A DNA stretch of 64,000 nt from Heteronotia binoei (GCF_032191835.1 NC_083229.1:13950001-14014000); one strand, 5' to 3'; numbered from the stretch's first letter, positions 35,455-47,773 are shown. Notes: generated by a model from the sequence alone, not told the origin. Translations and numbers: made by a program.

Positions 35455-36309
35455 CCTGGAGAACTGGGCTTGATTTCCCATTCCCCCTCCTCATGAAATC
35501 TGCTGTTTGATCTTGGGCCAGTCACAGTCCTCTCACCTCCCCCCCTCACTCAGAAATTGCTGGTTTGGGGAAAGGAAAGAAGGGTAGTTGTAAGCTGCTT
35601 TGAGACTCCTTAAGGTTGAGCGAAATGGAGTATTAAAATAACCTCTTCTTCTTCTATGGGTAGGAAGAGGAGGAGACTGAGGAAAGAAATGGAGGCAGAG
35701 GGGAAGGCGGAGATGTTGCCCAATGTTAGGAGTAATGGGAGAAGAAGAAAAAAATGGGAGAAAGAGGTGGCAGGAGGGAGATAGCGAAGGTGTCATGGTT
35801 CCTCCCTAGATGTCCCTGGGGGAAGCTAGAAGAAGAAGAAGAAGACTGTAGATTTATACCCTGCCCTCTTCTCTGAATCAAAGACTCAGAGCGGCTTACA
35901 ATCTCCAATATCTTCTCCCCTCACAACAGACACCCTGTGAGGTGGGTGAGGCTGAGAGGGCTCCCTGAATTTCCTTGTGAGTTTCTCAAAGGTCACCTGC
36001 AGATTTCCTCAGCTTCCTGACGGATTAGGAAAAGACTGATCCTGAGTGCTCAAGTGGTAATCTGTTGTTGAAGAGTTCCGAAAATTAGAGTTTTCATGAC
36101 TCAGAAGGGGGAAAGACCCATTTTCTACTCTTTGTCTACAGTTTGTCAGGAAAAATTCTTTGGGTGAGGGCTACAATCCCAGAGAATTCTATATGAACTG
36201 GATGTGCTAAGTTAATTCTGGAAAAGTCTTGTGTCTTTAGAGACAAACTGCTTTCTCTTATTTTGATGAAATGGGTGAGAGTGACTCCTTTGAATGAAGT
36301 GTACATTAT

Positions 36310-36505
36310 TGGAACATATGAAGCTGCCTTATACTGAATCAGACCCTTGGTCCATCAAAGTCAGTATTGTCTTCTCAGATTGGCAGCGGCTCTCCAGGGT
36401 CTCAAGCTGAGGTTTTTCACACCTATTTGCCTGGATCCTTTTTTTTGGAGATGCCAGGGATTGAACCTGGGACCTTCTGCTTCCCAAGCAGATGCCACCG
36501 TCCCT
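36310..36505 (-). mobile_element. tRNA-derived SINE (Squam2-like)
   Basis: Same family as the copies at ~41790-42050, 43987-44200, 55070-55285, 60648-60852 and 61654-61862 (A box TGGCTCAGTGG, B box GGTTCAATCCC). Confidence 0.82.
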
Positions 36506-36889
36506 CCCCAAATTTGAGAAATTGAGAATTTCATTCTGATTGATTAACAAGGATGCACAAAAATAAAGACTTCCTGGCTAATTTTTCGCCTTTATGTGTG
36601 TAAACTCTTTCTGCCCTGGAAATTGCATTTATAGTCATAATATAAGAGGTGGATTTTTGACCAGGTGCTAGAATTTTTTTTTTACATGGATTGCCATTTC
36701 AATCTTCATTTAGTCATATCAGTGTTGTTTTTTTTTGCAAACGATCCGGTGCTTAAGGTGAGCAAAACAAGGGAAACAAAATTAAGCTGCATTGTTATTT
36801 TCTCTTCTACTTTGAATATTGCAAGACCTCTCTTGTCTCTTTTCTCCTGCCAGGACTATTTCTATAACAAAAGGCCAAGTTCGTCTGTA

Positions 36890-37858
36890 ATGACCAATTT
36901 CAGCAAATCGTTGTCTCTTGTGGAAGACGGACCGCACGATGCTAATCTGTACAACAGCACTTGGTCATCAAGCCATAATACCTCCAGCGGTGGACCGGAT
37001 GAGGATTCCAATTCTGATTTCGCTATCTACATCTTCATGTTAAGTATTTGCATCACTGGACTGGTGGGGAACGGGATTGTCATCTATCTTCTCGGCTTCC
37101 ACATTAAAAGGAGCCCTTTCACGACGTACATCCTGAACTTGGCTGTTGCTGACTTTGGGTTCCTTCTGTTTGGGGCTCTGACCTTAAGTTTAGAACTAAC
37201 AGGCGAAATCTATTTCTGGGGAGTAATAATAATTGCATACTTTTTGATATTCACGTATACTGCGAGTCAACTTCTATTGACAACCATCAGCATCGACAGG
37301 TGCGTGTCGGTCCTCTTCCCAATCTGGCATCAATGCCACCGGCCACGACACCTGTCCACCATTGTGTGTGCTCTAATGTGGGCTCTCTCCTTCCTGACCT
37401 CAGGAAGTATAACACTTTCAGGCCTTTTGGGACATTTTGAGGCATACTGGATATTTTTCTCTCCTTTTATTGCAGGTTCTGTTGTCTTCTTCCCTCTGAT
37501 CACTGTCTCCACCACCATTCTGTTGCTCAAACTGTTCTGTAAAGCACAGCAGCCTCGGAGCGGAAAGCTTCTAACCATCGTATTATTAACTCTCCTTTTT
37601 TACTTCATCTTTGCTTTCCCCATGAATGCTATCTACACAGTCAATTATTTTGCTGGTTATAAATACGTACATCTAGCAATATATGCCGACTTATGCGCCT
37701 GCCTCAACAGCTGTGTCAACCCGGTGATCTGTTTCCTGGTTGGGAAGAAGAAGATGGGTCAACGAAGTAAGAGCCTGAAGTTCCTGCTCCAAAGGGCTTT
37801 CCAGGAGGAGGAAGAGCACAGAGAGGAATGTGGCACCACAGCCCTGACATCACTATAG
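36890..37858 (+). CDS. Mas-related GPCR (MRGPR-like), intact, 322 aa
   Basis: Acceptor at 36853; ATG 36 nt into the exon (MTNFSK); seven hydrophobic segments; GLVGNGIV, GFHIKRSPFTTYILNLAVADFG, SIDRCVSVLFPIW, CACLNSCVNPVI, SLKFLLQRAF. The ORF-track start at 36665 lies in the intron. Confidence 0.93.
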   Translation: MTNFSKSLSLVEDGPHDANLYNSTWSSSHNTSSGGPDEDSNSDFAIYIFMLSICITGLVGNGIVIYLLGFHIKRSPFTTYILNLAVADFGFLLFGALTLSLELTGEIYFWGVIIIAYFLIFTYTASQLLLTTISIDRCVSVLFPIWHQCHRPRHLSTIVCALMWALSFLTSGSITLSGLLGHFEAYWIFFSPFIAGSVVFFPLITVSTTILLLKLFCKAQQPRSGKLLTIVLLTLLFYFIFAFPMNAIYTVNYFAGYKYVHLAIYADLCACLNSCVNPVICFLVGKKKMGQRSKSLKFLLQRAFQEEEEHREECGTTALTSL

Positions 37859-38054
37859 GGCTGCCAAGCCCCCGGTCCTGGCGGGGAATCCCCCACCCGG
37901 GAGGTTCCAACCTCCCCCTACATCGCTGGCATGGTGATGTCACATCATCAAAATGGTGGCGCCCATGAGGGGCTGCTCTAGGCACTTCTGGGGAAACTCT
38001 ATAGTTTCCCCAGACGCTCTAGCCATTTGGAAAGCTGGGGACTTGGCAATCCTA
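37856..38054. mobile_element. 199-bp hAT-like MITE inserted at the receptor stop codon
   Basis: TAGGGCTGCCAAG..CTTGGCAATCCTA; exact 8-bp TSD CATCACTA (37848-37855 and 38055-38062). Confidence 0.92.
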
Positions 38055-38489
38055 CATCACTATGATACCTCCATTGCCGCATAATGCTTCTTGCTTTACC
38101 AATTAAATTGTAATTGTGAAAATATCCCACCTAATGTTTTGCTTTAAAATACTGGCAAGGTAAAATTTTGCTTGCTGTCGTGTTACTACATATTGCTGAG
38201 CTGTAAAGTGAGCCCCTTTTTTACTTTCCGTGAAAGATGATGTCATGCTGCCAGCGATGAGGTCAGAATGTTGCCCTATGACCCCCTCCCTGCCAGATGC
38301 CTTGAATCCCAGAGCTCCTTTTGTTCACAAGGCCTCACCCACCCAGAGGAGGAGTGAGGATTGGCCTTGTAGAAAGCCAGTAAATAACAATCATGACAAT
38401 GCACAATCCATTGCTTTTCCTGAGTCAGCCTATCACTCAGCTGCACCGCATGCTCCGCGCATCAGCTCCAGTGCCATATTGGCATGCTG

Positions 38490-39110
38490 AGTTATGCATC
38501 GCAGCTGGGATCTGGTAGGACAACCCCTACCAGAGTTCAACTCCACCAGGGAGTCATGGGTGGACCGGCTCAGCTACTACATCAAATTGCACAAGATGGA
38601 GGAAGCCGCGGAAAAGAAGGCGCTCCTCTTGAGTTCATGCTGGGTGGAGACCATCCAGCTGATGAAGCGGCTCATCGCACCTACCACCCTTGCGGCAGCC
38701 ACATACAAGGACCTGATTGAGGTTATGACGGACCACTTATCACCACAACCGACCTGTCTCACACACAGACACGTGTTCTACATGAGGCAACAGTGACAGG
38801 TCGAGTTCGCGGCTGCATACCTCTCCAAGCTGCAAGGTCTCGCCCTGTGCTGTGAATTCACAGGGGACCTGGAGGAAATCCTGCTCGACCGTTTCATGGT
38901 GGGCGTTCAGGAGGAGAAACTGCACCACAAGCTGCTGGCCACCAATGACATCACCTTTACGAAGGCACTCCGACTGGTGACCACTTTTGAGCAGGAACAC
39001 AGCAGCCACTCCGCAACAAGCACACACCAGGCTGCCACCTCATCGGCTTCCAACGGCTCAGATGGGGAAGAAGTGCACCAGCTCTGCCGCCAGCCCTGGC
39101 ATGGACCATG
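38490..39110 (+). mobile_element. Ty3/Gypsy gag remnant
   Basis: Joined frames read LPEFNSTRESWVDRLSYY..KKALLLSSC..LIAPTTLAAATYKDLIEVMTDHLSPQP..FYMRQQ*..YLSKLQGLALCCEF..LEEILLDRFMVGV..LHHKLLAT..ITFTKAL; internal stop; truncated by a hAT-like element. Confidence 0.85.
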
Positions 39111-39749
39111 ACCCATGGCGCAACCACGGGCCACTGAGAAGCCAGCCATGCCAAAGTGTCTTGCATTTTGGGGACTGAATTTACAACATCTGCCATCTGC
39201 TTCCTTCTTCCTCTCTCTTGCTTCCTTCTGCACCACAGCTTGCTATGTCAGGATTGCTCAACTGCTCAAGAAAAAAAGAGCAAAGCCTCTATTTTCTCCA
39301 TTGGCTGAGACTCCTCCCCCTCCTGGTCCCCTGGGGAAGTAAGGAAAGAGCCAGAGCTTCCTTTGCCCAGGTTCCTGGATCCCATGGGAGAAATCCCAAG
39401 AAAGCATCTTTAAGACCAATAAGTACTAACATTTTAAGCACGTTTTATTTTTTTAAAAAAAGTGTTTGTGTTCTTTATAAAATTTATATCTCTGCTGCCT
39501 AATCTTAAATAGGTACACACACGGCCCAGTCCAACATGGCCCAGCCCGGCCCAGCCCAACAAGGTCTCATATATGTCAGATCCGGCCCTCATAACACATG
39601 AGTCCAACAACCCTGATGTAGAAATGGTCCTGTGTCTGAATTCATAGCTCTTACAATTTGCTTGTTTTCTGTCATTGATCGTTTTTTCTAGTTCATTGAC
39701 AGCTTCGTCTAGTTCACCATGGCATACACGGCATGATGCATATTAGCAT

Positions 39750-40040
39750 CCATGGCGCAGAGTGGTAAAGCCGCAGTACAGCAGTCGGAGCCCTCTGCTC
39801 ACAACCTTGATCCCCGGTGGAAGCTGGGTTCAGGTAGCCAGCTCGAGGTTGACTTAGCCTTCCATCCTTCCGAGGTCGGTTAAATGAGCACCCAGCTTGC
39901 TGGGAGGAAAGTGTAGATGACTGGGGAAGGCAATGGCAAACCACCCCGTAAAAAGTCTGCTGTGAAAACATCGTGAAAGCAACATCACCCCAGCGTCGGA
40001 AACGACTGGTGCTTGCACGGGGGACCTTTCCCTTTTCATA
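39750..40040 (+). mobile_element. Sauria SINE
   Basis: Family consensus motifs; another copy at ~40980-41262. Confidence 0.85.
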
Positions 40041-40199
40041 CTCAATAATAAAGTAGTGTTACAGATACAGACTTACAAGGAAATAACACTGTACACTGTA
40101 CAACATACAATGTGTGCGCATATACATTTTCCAAATGTGCATAAAAAATGAGCTCTCAATGGAATTTTGATTGTTATGCTTCCCATTTAGATCAAGTAT

Positions 40200-40560
40200 C
40201 TTTATCAAGAGATGCACATGTAAACAACCTGTGAATCGAATCTCTAGTCCATGTCATATTTGACTGTGAGGCTTATAACGATCATCGAGAAGTACTTCCA
40301 TTTTCCACGGCCATCCCTTTTACCAGTAGCCAAAAATTCCATCTCCTTAATAATCTTCTTGGCGATAAGAACCCTGAGGTCACATACAAATTAGCAAAAT
40401 TCGACTGGCATGCCACAAGAATAAGGGAAACTCTAATGCTTCGGTCAGGAAATGGCTAAACACCTTTGCCAATCTGTTGGCTGTAACTGCCACGTTCTGT
40501 TATATTTGTAGTTTCACAATAGTATTTTATGCCTTTTTATGTATGATTTTAATCCGTTTC
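40200..40560 (+). mobile_element. Possible degraded LINE (L2-like) 3' ORF end
   Basis: Fragments CEAYNDHREVLP and LLGDKNPEVTYKLAKF resemble non-LTR RT C-termini; frameshifted. Confidence 0.45.
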
Positions 40561-41980
40561 AATTTTGTATGATTTTACTGTTTCAAATGCTGGCTTAAGC
40601 TGTGGATAAACAAACACATACCAACCTGAGAATGTAAAAAAATAAATAACATGGGTAGAAGCATCAGTCTCCAACTAGTATAAAGAACCATTAGGAGTAA
40701 AATAAATAAATAAATATCGCCCAACCAGACTCACTCAAAGTTTTTACTTTAGAATTTTCTTGGCTTTGTATCCAGTACTATTTTTATTTCTTCTCAATGC
40801 CTCTTTTCCTGGAGCCAAGCAGCATCTGTAACATCCACGACACAACGGTTGCACTCTTTCACCAGGGTAAAGGCTCTCAATAAAAGCAGTCTACCACATC
40901 CCTCAAGTAGGATCAATGTAGCCCAAGTGCTTGGAACAGACGGGCAAAACTTAAAGGGACAGTATCATATTACATAGAGCGCCGTGGCGCAGAGTGCTAA
41001 AGCTGCAGTATTGCAGTCAAACTCTCTGCTCACAACCTGAGTTCGATCCCAGGTAAATTGGCTCCAGGTTGACTCAGCCTTCCATCCTTCTGAGGTCGGT
41101 AAAATGAGTACCCAGCTTACTGGGAGGGGGGGAGCGTAGATGACTGGGGAAGGCAATGGTAAACCACCCCGTCAAAAGTCTGCTGTGAAAATGTCGTGAT
41201 GAGACGTCACCCCAGAGTCGGAAATGACTGGTGCTCGCAGAGGGGGCTACCTTTACTTTTTACTATCAAATTACGAATGGCAAGACAAATGGTTTTGCTG
41301 GCTAAGACCTTTTGGTTCTAATAAATTCAACATGTGGATAAACCTGGCTTCTTGTTGTAGAAGTATATGGGGTTTGATCTGATGAATGACTGCAATTGCT
41401 TGCCACTCCATCCTATTGCCTGATAAACTTTGCTTGTAGCACACGAAAGCTGACATTCTGAATAAAACTTCGTTGGTCTTAAAGGTGCAGCTTGACTCTT
41501 GCTTTGTTCTACTGCTTCAGACCAACATGGCTGCCCACTTGGATCCATGCAATGACTTCATCAGGTCAAACCTCGTATGTTGAGTAATTCAGAATGTGTA
41601 GAAGAGGGAGCATCGTGAATGCTCTGATATCACATCCAGGTGGTCGCCCAGAAATGGTCATATCCTTCACAAAACTCCAAGACTTCCCCCCAATATCTGT
41701 GATAAAGACAAATGGGTTTAAGGAAGTTCTTAAGCGTGCTTATGTCCTGTCAATTCCACCAGGCTGGCAGTGGGCAGGGAAGGACATTGAACATATGAAG
41801 CTGCTTTATACTGAATCAGACCCTTGGTCCATCAAAGTCAGTATTGTCTACTCAGACTGGCAGCAGCTCTCCAAGGTCTCAAGCTGAGGTTTTTCACACC
41901 TTTTTGCCTGGACCCTTTTTTGGAGATGCCAGGGATTGAACCTGGGACCTTCTGCTTACCAAGCAGATGCTCTACCACTG

Positions 41981-42044
41981 AGCCACCGAGCCACCGAGCC
42001 ACCGAGCCACCGAGCCACTGAGCCACCGAGCCACTGAGCCACCG
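41981..42044 (-). repeat. 8-bp unit x8 over the A box of a tRNA-SINE
   Basis: AGCCAC(C/T)G tandem; sibling SINEs have one unit. Confidence 0.92.
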
Positions 42045-42360
42045 TCCCTCACATTGAGGCAAATGGGAGACCTGTGGAAAGATGGGAAAGAAGGAAAGTT
42101 TTAGGGTTGCCAGCTCAGTGTAGGAAAACCCCTGGAGAAGAAGACTGAATCACCCTTCTCCCTGAATCAGAGACTCAGAGCGGCTTACCATCTCCTATAT
42201 CTTCTCCCCCCACAACAGACACCCTGTGAGGTGGGTGGGACTGAGAGGGCTCTCCCAGAAGCTGCCCTTTCAGACTTGGCATTGGAGGCTGCTGTCTCCT
42301 CAGAGGTGTGTGTGGGAGCAGGAGGTCTAACCTTCACTTATTGGGTAATTATTTCTGTAG

Positions 42361-42605
42361 AATTGCCCCTGATGTAAACACCGCAAAGTGAGAAATCAGG
42401 AACTCAAAGGTAGAAAAATAACCACACCCTTGATGGCAACTGTTTTCTGCAGTAGATGAAGGGAAATCAGAAGCCCAAACCTCTTGCTCCTTGTTCATTG
42501 CCAATCTCTGTGCCCTCAAGTTCTACTTGCGATGCTTCCCTGAAGGACACCTCTAAAGATTTGGAGTCACCTTGAACTGTTGACACTGGAACCATTCCAG
42601 AAGAG
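42361..42605 (+). other. Conserved non-coding 5' UTR exon (copy 5)
   Basis: Acceptor ATTTCTGTAG| at 42360, donor GAAGAG|GTAAGC at 42605; 245 nt. Confidence 0.7.
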
Positions 42606-44327
42606 GTAAGCTTGAGCTATCCCCATGACAACTTGTTTGTTTGCCTTGGTAAACATTGGCATTCACAATTGGCTTTTAATTAGGAAGCAGATATTTTATC
42701 CATTGAGAAATCTGTTAATATCAGGAGGTGTCAAGGAGAGGGCCAGCTGCTGTGGAACTGAGGTGGCTGACAAGAGGCCAGATGGGGGAGTGGACAAGAC
42801 AACAGAGTTGTGGGGGGTGGAGACAGGGGAGATGGGGATGGATGAACAGGCATTATGAAGACCCAATGCGATGTAGTTGTTAAGAGTGTTGAATTGAGCT
42901 CTGGAAAACCAGGTTTGATTTCCTCCTCCTCCTCGACATGAGGCATGCTAGGTGACCTTGGGTCAGTCTCAGTTCTCTCAGACGCCTCTCAACTCCATCT
43001 ACCTCAGAGTTGCTGGTCATAGGGAGACGTAGGGAAAGTGGTTGTAAGCTGTTTTGAGACTACTTACAGTAGAGCAAAGTGAGGTATATGAATCTTCCCT
43101 TCCTCTTCTATGGGTAGGAAGGGAGGAGACTGAGGGAGGAAAGGAATGAGAGGGGGAGGTGGAAGTGGTGACCTGCGTTTGTGTTAAGGGGGAGAAAGAG
43201 AAGGTGGTGGTAGGAAACAGAGAAGGACAGAGGACAATTTCAGAGGACAATTTCAGAGGACAATGAGTCAATTTCCTTTTCAGGTTCTCAAAGGTTGCCT
43301 CTTGATTCCATCAAATTTCTGACAGGTCCCACTTGTTTTAATCCATTTTTGAGTGGTAAAACTGATCAAGTGATGACTTTGTTACATGTCAGAGAGTATC
43401 TAAAAGCAGACTTTTATGCCATAAAAAGACAAAACTCTTGTACTCTGTCTACAGTTTTGTCAGGAAAGATCCTGGGGGTGAGGGCTACAATCCCAGATAA
43501 TTCCATACCAACGGGTTGTGTGGAATTAATTCTGGAAAGTCTTGTGTCTTTAGAATACAAACATTTTCTCCTAGTTTGCTGAAATATGGGGCATGAGTCC
43601 TTTGGATGAAACGTAGGATCCCTGAAAATGTTGCCCCAAAGAACTGGGATGAAAAATCTGGTGCACCTCCTGATGGCACTTGGGGTTTTTTGGCCACTGT
43701 GTGACACAGAGTGTTGGACTGGATGGCCATTGGCCTGATCCAACATGGCTTCCCTTATGTTCTTATCTGATATATGTATGTAAAAAAAAAAGACTTCCTG
43801 TGAAATTTCCTGTCTATGTGTATGTGTACGTGACCAGTTATCTGTTTGTTAGTTTTTAACGAAGATTGCATTTCATCTTTGTTCAATAATATTAATGGAT
43901 TTTAGAAGGGATTTCATGCCTGAAGAGACCAAAGTAAGGGGAAAAAATTAAGCTGCATTGTTACTTGATCATCTACTTGAAATATGAACATATGAAGCTG
44001 CCTTATACTGAATCAGACCCTTGGTCCATCAAAGTCAGTATTGTCTACTCAGACTGGCAGCGGCTCTCCAAGGTCTCAAGCTGAGGTTTTTCATGCCTAC
44101 TTGCCTGGACCCTTTTCAGTTGAAGATGCTGGGGATTGAACCTGGGACCTTCTGCTTACCAAGCAGATGCTCTGCCACTGAGTCACCGTTCCTCCCCCAA
44201 TAAATAAAACCATACCTCTCTTTTCTCCTGCCAGGACTGTCTATATAACGAAAAAGAGAGGTTGCCTAGAATTATCGGTTTCAGCAAGACATCCCTGTCT
44301 CCTGTGGAAGACTGTACATATGGTGAT

Positions 44328-45218
44328 ATGTACAATAACAGCTCCAGTGGTAGACCAGAGCAGTACTTGGATGTTCCTTATATTATTTCTGTCCTCACAT
44401 CATGCATTTGCATCATTGGACTTGTTGGGAATGGAATTGTCATCTACCTTCTTGGTTTCCACATCAAAAGGAGCCCTTTCACGGCGTACATCCTGAACTT
44501 GGCTGTTGCTGACTTTGGGGTCCTTCTCTTTTTGTGTGTGATTTCTTTTTTATTACTAACCCATGTAAGTTGTTTTCCAAAGATAGTTGAAATAGCTGTT
44601 TCATGCATGTATAATACTAGCCAATTTCTGTTGACAGCCATCAGCATTCACAGGTGCATGTCCGTCCTCTTCCCCGTCTGGTATCGATGCCACCGGCCAT
44701 TGCATCTGTCCACTGTCATTTGTGTAGTAATATGGGTTGCCTCCTTCCTGATCTCAGTAATTCTCGACCCCTTGGGACATCTTTGGGAATTTGAGATATA
44801 TTCCTATCCGTTCGTTGCAGGTGTCGCTCTTTGCCTCCCTCTTGTCACTGTCTCCACCACAATTCTCTTGTTCAAAATCTTCTGTAAATCACAACAGCCT
44901 CGGAGAGGAAGGCTTTTAACCATCATCTTCCTCACTCTTCTATTCTTCCTAATCTTTGCTTTTCCTCTGAATGCTATTTTGACACTAATTTTTTTTAACT
45001 CTTCAAAATATGCCTATCTGATAATATATGGCTTTGTATGTGCCTGTCCGAATAGCTGTGTCAACCCAGTGATCTATTTCATGGTTGGAAGAAAGAAGAG
45101 GGGTCAAGGATGGCAGGGCCTGAAAGCCATACTCCAAAGAGCTTTTGAGGTGAAGGAAGAGCACAGAGAGGAATCTTGCACCACAGCTCAAGTGATCGCT
45201 ATGACACCTTCACAATAG
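44328..45218 (+). CDS. MRGPR-like receptor with lost ancestral start codon (296 aa from the next Met)
   Basis: Acceptor at 44234; the homologous ATG position 44271 is ATT; 7TM ORF otherwise open; SIHRC, CACPNS and a frameshift-extended C-terminus. Confidence 0.8.
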   Translation: MYNNSSSGRPEQYLDVPYIISVLTSCICIIGLVGNGIVIYLLGFHIKRSPFTAYILNLAVADFGVLLFLCVISFLLLTHVSCFPKIVEIAVSCMYNTSQFLLTAISIHRCMSVLFPVWYRCHRPLHLSTVICVVIWVASFLISVILDPLGHLWEFEIYSYPFVAGVALCLPLVTVSTTILLFKIFCKSQQPRRGRLLTIIFLTLLFFLIFAFPLNAILTLIFFNSSKYAYLIIYGFVCACPNSCVNPVIYFMVGRKKRGQGWQGLKAILQRAFEVKEEHREESCTTAQVIAMTPSQ

Positions 45219-47251
45219 CCAAACGCTTCCAGCTTTGTCAATCAAGTTGTAGATGTGAAGATTCCCACGTAACGTTTTGTTTAAAGGTATCGGTCACATA
45301 GTTTTGGGTTGCTGGAAGGTTAAGAAATGTTCCTGATCTATAAACTGAACCTTTGCTGCTTTTGATAATGGATAATGACATGCTCCAGGCTCTGTGAGTA
45401 GAATGCGATCGCTAGATGTCCTGGGACCCATGAAACCCAGGGCTTCTTCCATTCACCGGGCCTTATCCATCCAAGGGGAGAGTGAGGCTCTGTCTTGTAT
45501 AAAGTCAGTGGATCATGGTCAGGAGATTTAACCCAGTATAGTTTTCACTGCCCAGTGAAAGCTTTCATCTTTGAACAAAATGGATTTCCGACTCAGACTG
45601 TGGAGTTTGCCATCAGACATTGCAGTACCTGCTGATACTTGTGCATTCCACGGGGAACATCTAACCACAGGTAGATGTAAACACTGGAAAGCACCACTTA
45701 ATAGTGAAAGGAAAGGTTCATTTAGGGGGCACAACTTGTCCAAGTGAATTTTAAAGACAAGAAGACCTCTCCCGCCAGTTGATTTCAACTGTCCCTAAGC
45801 CTGCATGGTATTATGGAGTGAGGAAAAGTGTGGCTTGCTGCATTTCTTACCTTATTTGATGCGACTGTTCGAATGGCATTGGGTGAATCTGTGGATTCAG
45901 ATAAAGGAGCCTAGAAATTGGTATGTTGACTGGAACTGAGTTAAGATAAGGAGTTGCTGATATGGCATGAAAACCAGCATCCACAGGATTGGAGTCTGTG
46001 TAAAATGAGGGGTCCATTCCTTTGACTGTTTACATAAACAATTCTGTACAGGAGTACTTCTCCTTGAACCCCAGACTTCATGGGAAGTCTCCAGAATGGA
46101 CTACTGACTTTGGAGAAACCAAAAAGTCCCCAAGATTTACAGTAGGTACACATCTGTAGCTCTAACCCAGAAGACCAGTTTAATCATTGATAAGAAGAGC
46201 TCTTGTTCTGGTTCGGTAGGGCATGTTATGAGTCTGAAGTGTCCTGTTTCCTGGGAGCCTAAGTAAACCATGAATTAGGGGACGATTAAGTCCATGCCTC
46301 AGTCTCCATCTTTGGGCAGCAGTGGGGTGCCACAATATCTGCCCAAAGTAAATGCAGAAAAATCCAATAAGAATGTCATTTTTGTTTCATTTTGGAATGG
46401 TATTTTATTTTCAAGTAGTCTTTTCTTTTAGGAACGGTAGTGGCTTTTTTTCTTTTTTAGTAGGCCTTCCACTAAGGCAGTATGGTTTTACCTCAGAGTC
46501 TCCAGTGATCCGTAATTTTCAGTGACTGCTGATATCAAACATACCTATGTCCCACTCTGCCCTCTAACTGTCCTGCTGTTGCCAGATCTGGGACGGTAAT
46601 CCTAACTTTAGGTCTTGCTTACTATGAGAATGTTCTGTCTTCAGGCTTCTGAAGGCCCACCTTCACCCTGTCCCTTCTCCTAATTCTCAGGAGGTCGAGA
46701 GGCCCATAAACACGTCAGGGTCCCGCCTCTTCAACCATTCTGGATTCTGGCATAAGTCCCTATGAAACTGCATTAGTTTCCTTGCTAGGAAACTAAGCTA
46801 TGAAGAAAAAGACAGGAGGGTGCTGGGGTGATGAATAAGAGTTTAACATGTTTATTTTGATAGTCTAATATGCATTGGGTATGCATTTATGTTTGCAACT
46901 TTTTAAATGACTCTGCTATGCCTAATGGTTCTCGGTTCCTCTCTCCACTGTTGAGTCTGTCCTCTACTGGGGATTGCTTTAGAAATGCATGGCAGACTCA
47001 TGTTTTATTTGCCCCTGCTTATGGACTGCCTGTTTGCTTGTTTATATAGTCCACATCATTTCCCGTATACATCTTTTCGATGGTTTTGTATCCATGCCTT
47101 TTTCATATGCATTCCTATTTCACGTATCTGATTCAGCTTCACTGTTTGCGTTTGTAGTGTGCTAAGCGTAAACATTTGCGAATTAACTGCTTAATTTGTA
47201 ACAGTGACGGCCTCTGTGTCTTCCCACTGACAGGCAGGCCCCCACTGGAGG

Positions 47252-47728
47252 TAGGGTTGCCAAGCCCATTTCAAGAAATATCTGGGGACTTTAGGGGTGG
47301 AGCCAGGAGACATTGGGGGTGGAGCAAGGAGCAAGCACAATTGAACTTCCAAGGGAGTTCTGGCCATCATATTTAAAGGGACCACACACCTTTCTAATGA
47401 AGGATGGGGCACCTTCTTTGAGAGATCATAGAATTGGACCTCCTGGTCCAATCTTTTTTAAACTTGGGGGGTATTTTGGGGAAAGGCCCTGGATGCTACA
47501 CTGAACACTTGGTGCCTCTACCTAAAAAAAAAAAAATAGCCTCCCCAAAGCCCCAGATACCCACGGCTCAATTATTCATTATTTCCTATGGGAATATCTT
47601 CATAGGGAATAATAGAGTTCCCAGCAGACATTTCCCTCCCCTCCCCCTGCTTTCTGATGACCCTGAAGTGGGGGGAAGGCCTCCAAACTGGCCAATCCCC
47701 TGCCCCCACCTGGGGATTGGCAATCTTA
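47252..47728. mobile_element. hAT-like element (TAGGGTTGCC family)
   Basis: TSD ACTGGAGG/ACTGGAGT (7/8). Confidence 0.85.
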
Positions 47729-47773
47729 ACTGGAGTGCAAAGATCCCACAGGATCCCACAGGCCTTCCTCTTT

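Noticed and set aside
36665-36889. N-terminal extension of the 397-aa ORF (likewise 59585-59641 and 44262-44270)
   Set aside because: Starts at non-ATG codons, and the 36665 and 59585 extensions run through the conserved pyrimidine tract and AG acceptor; the homologous ATG is 36 nt into the exon.
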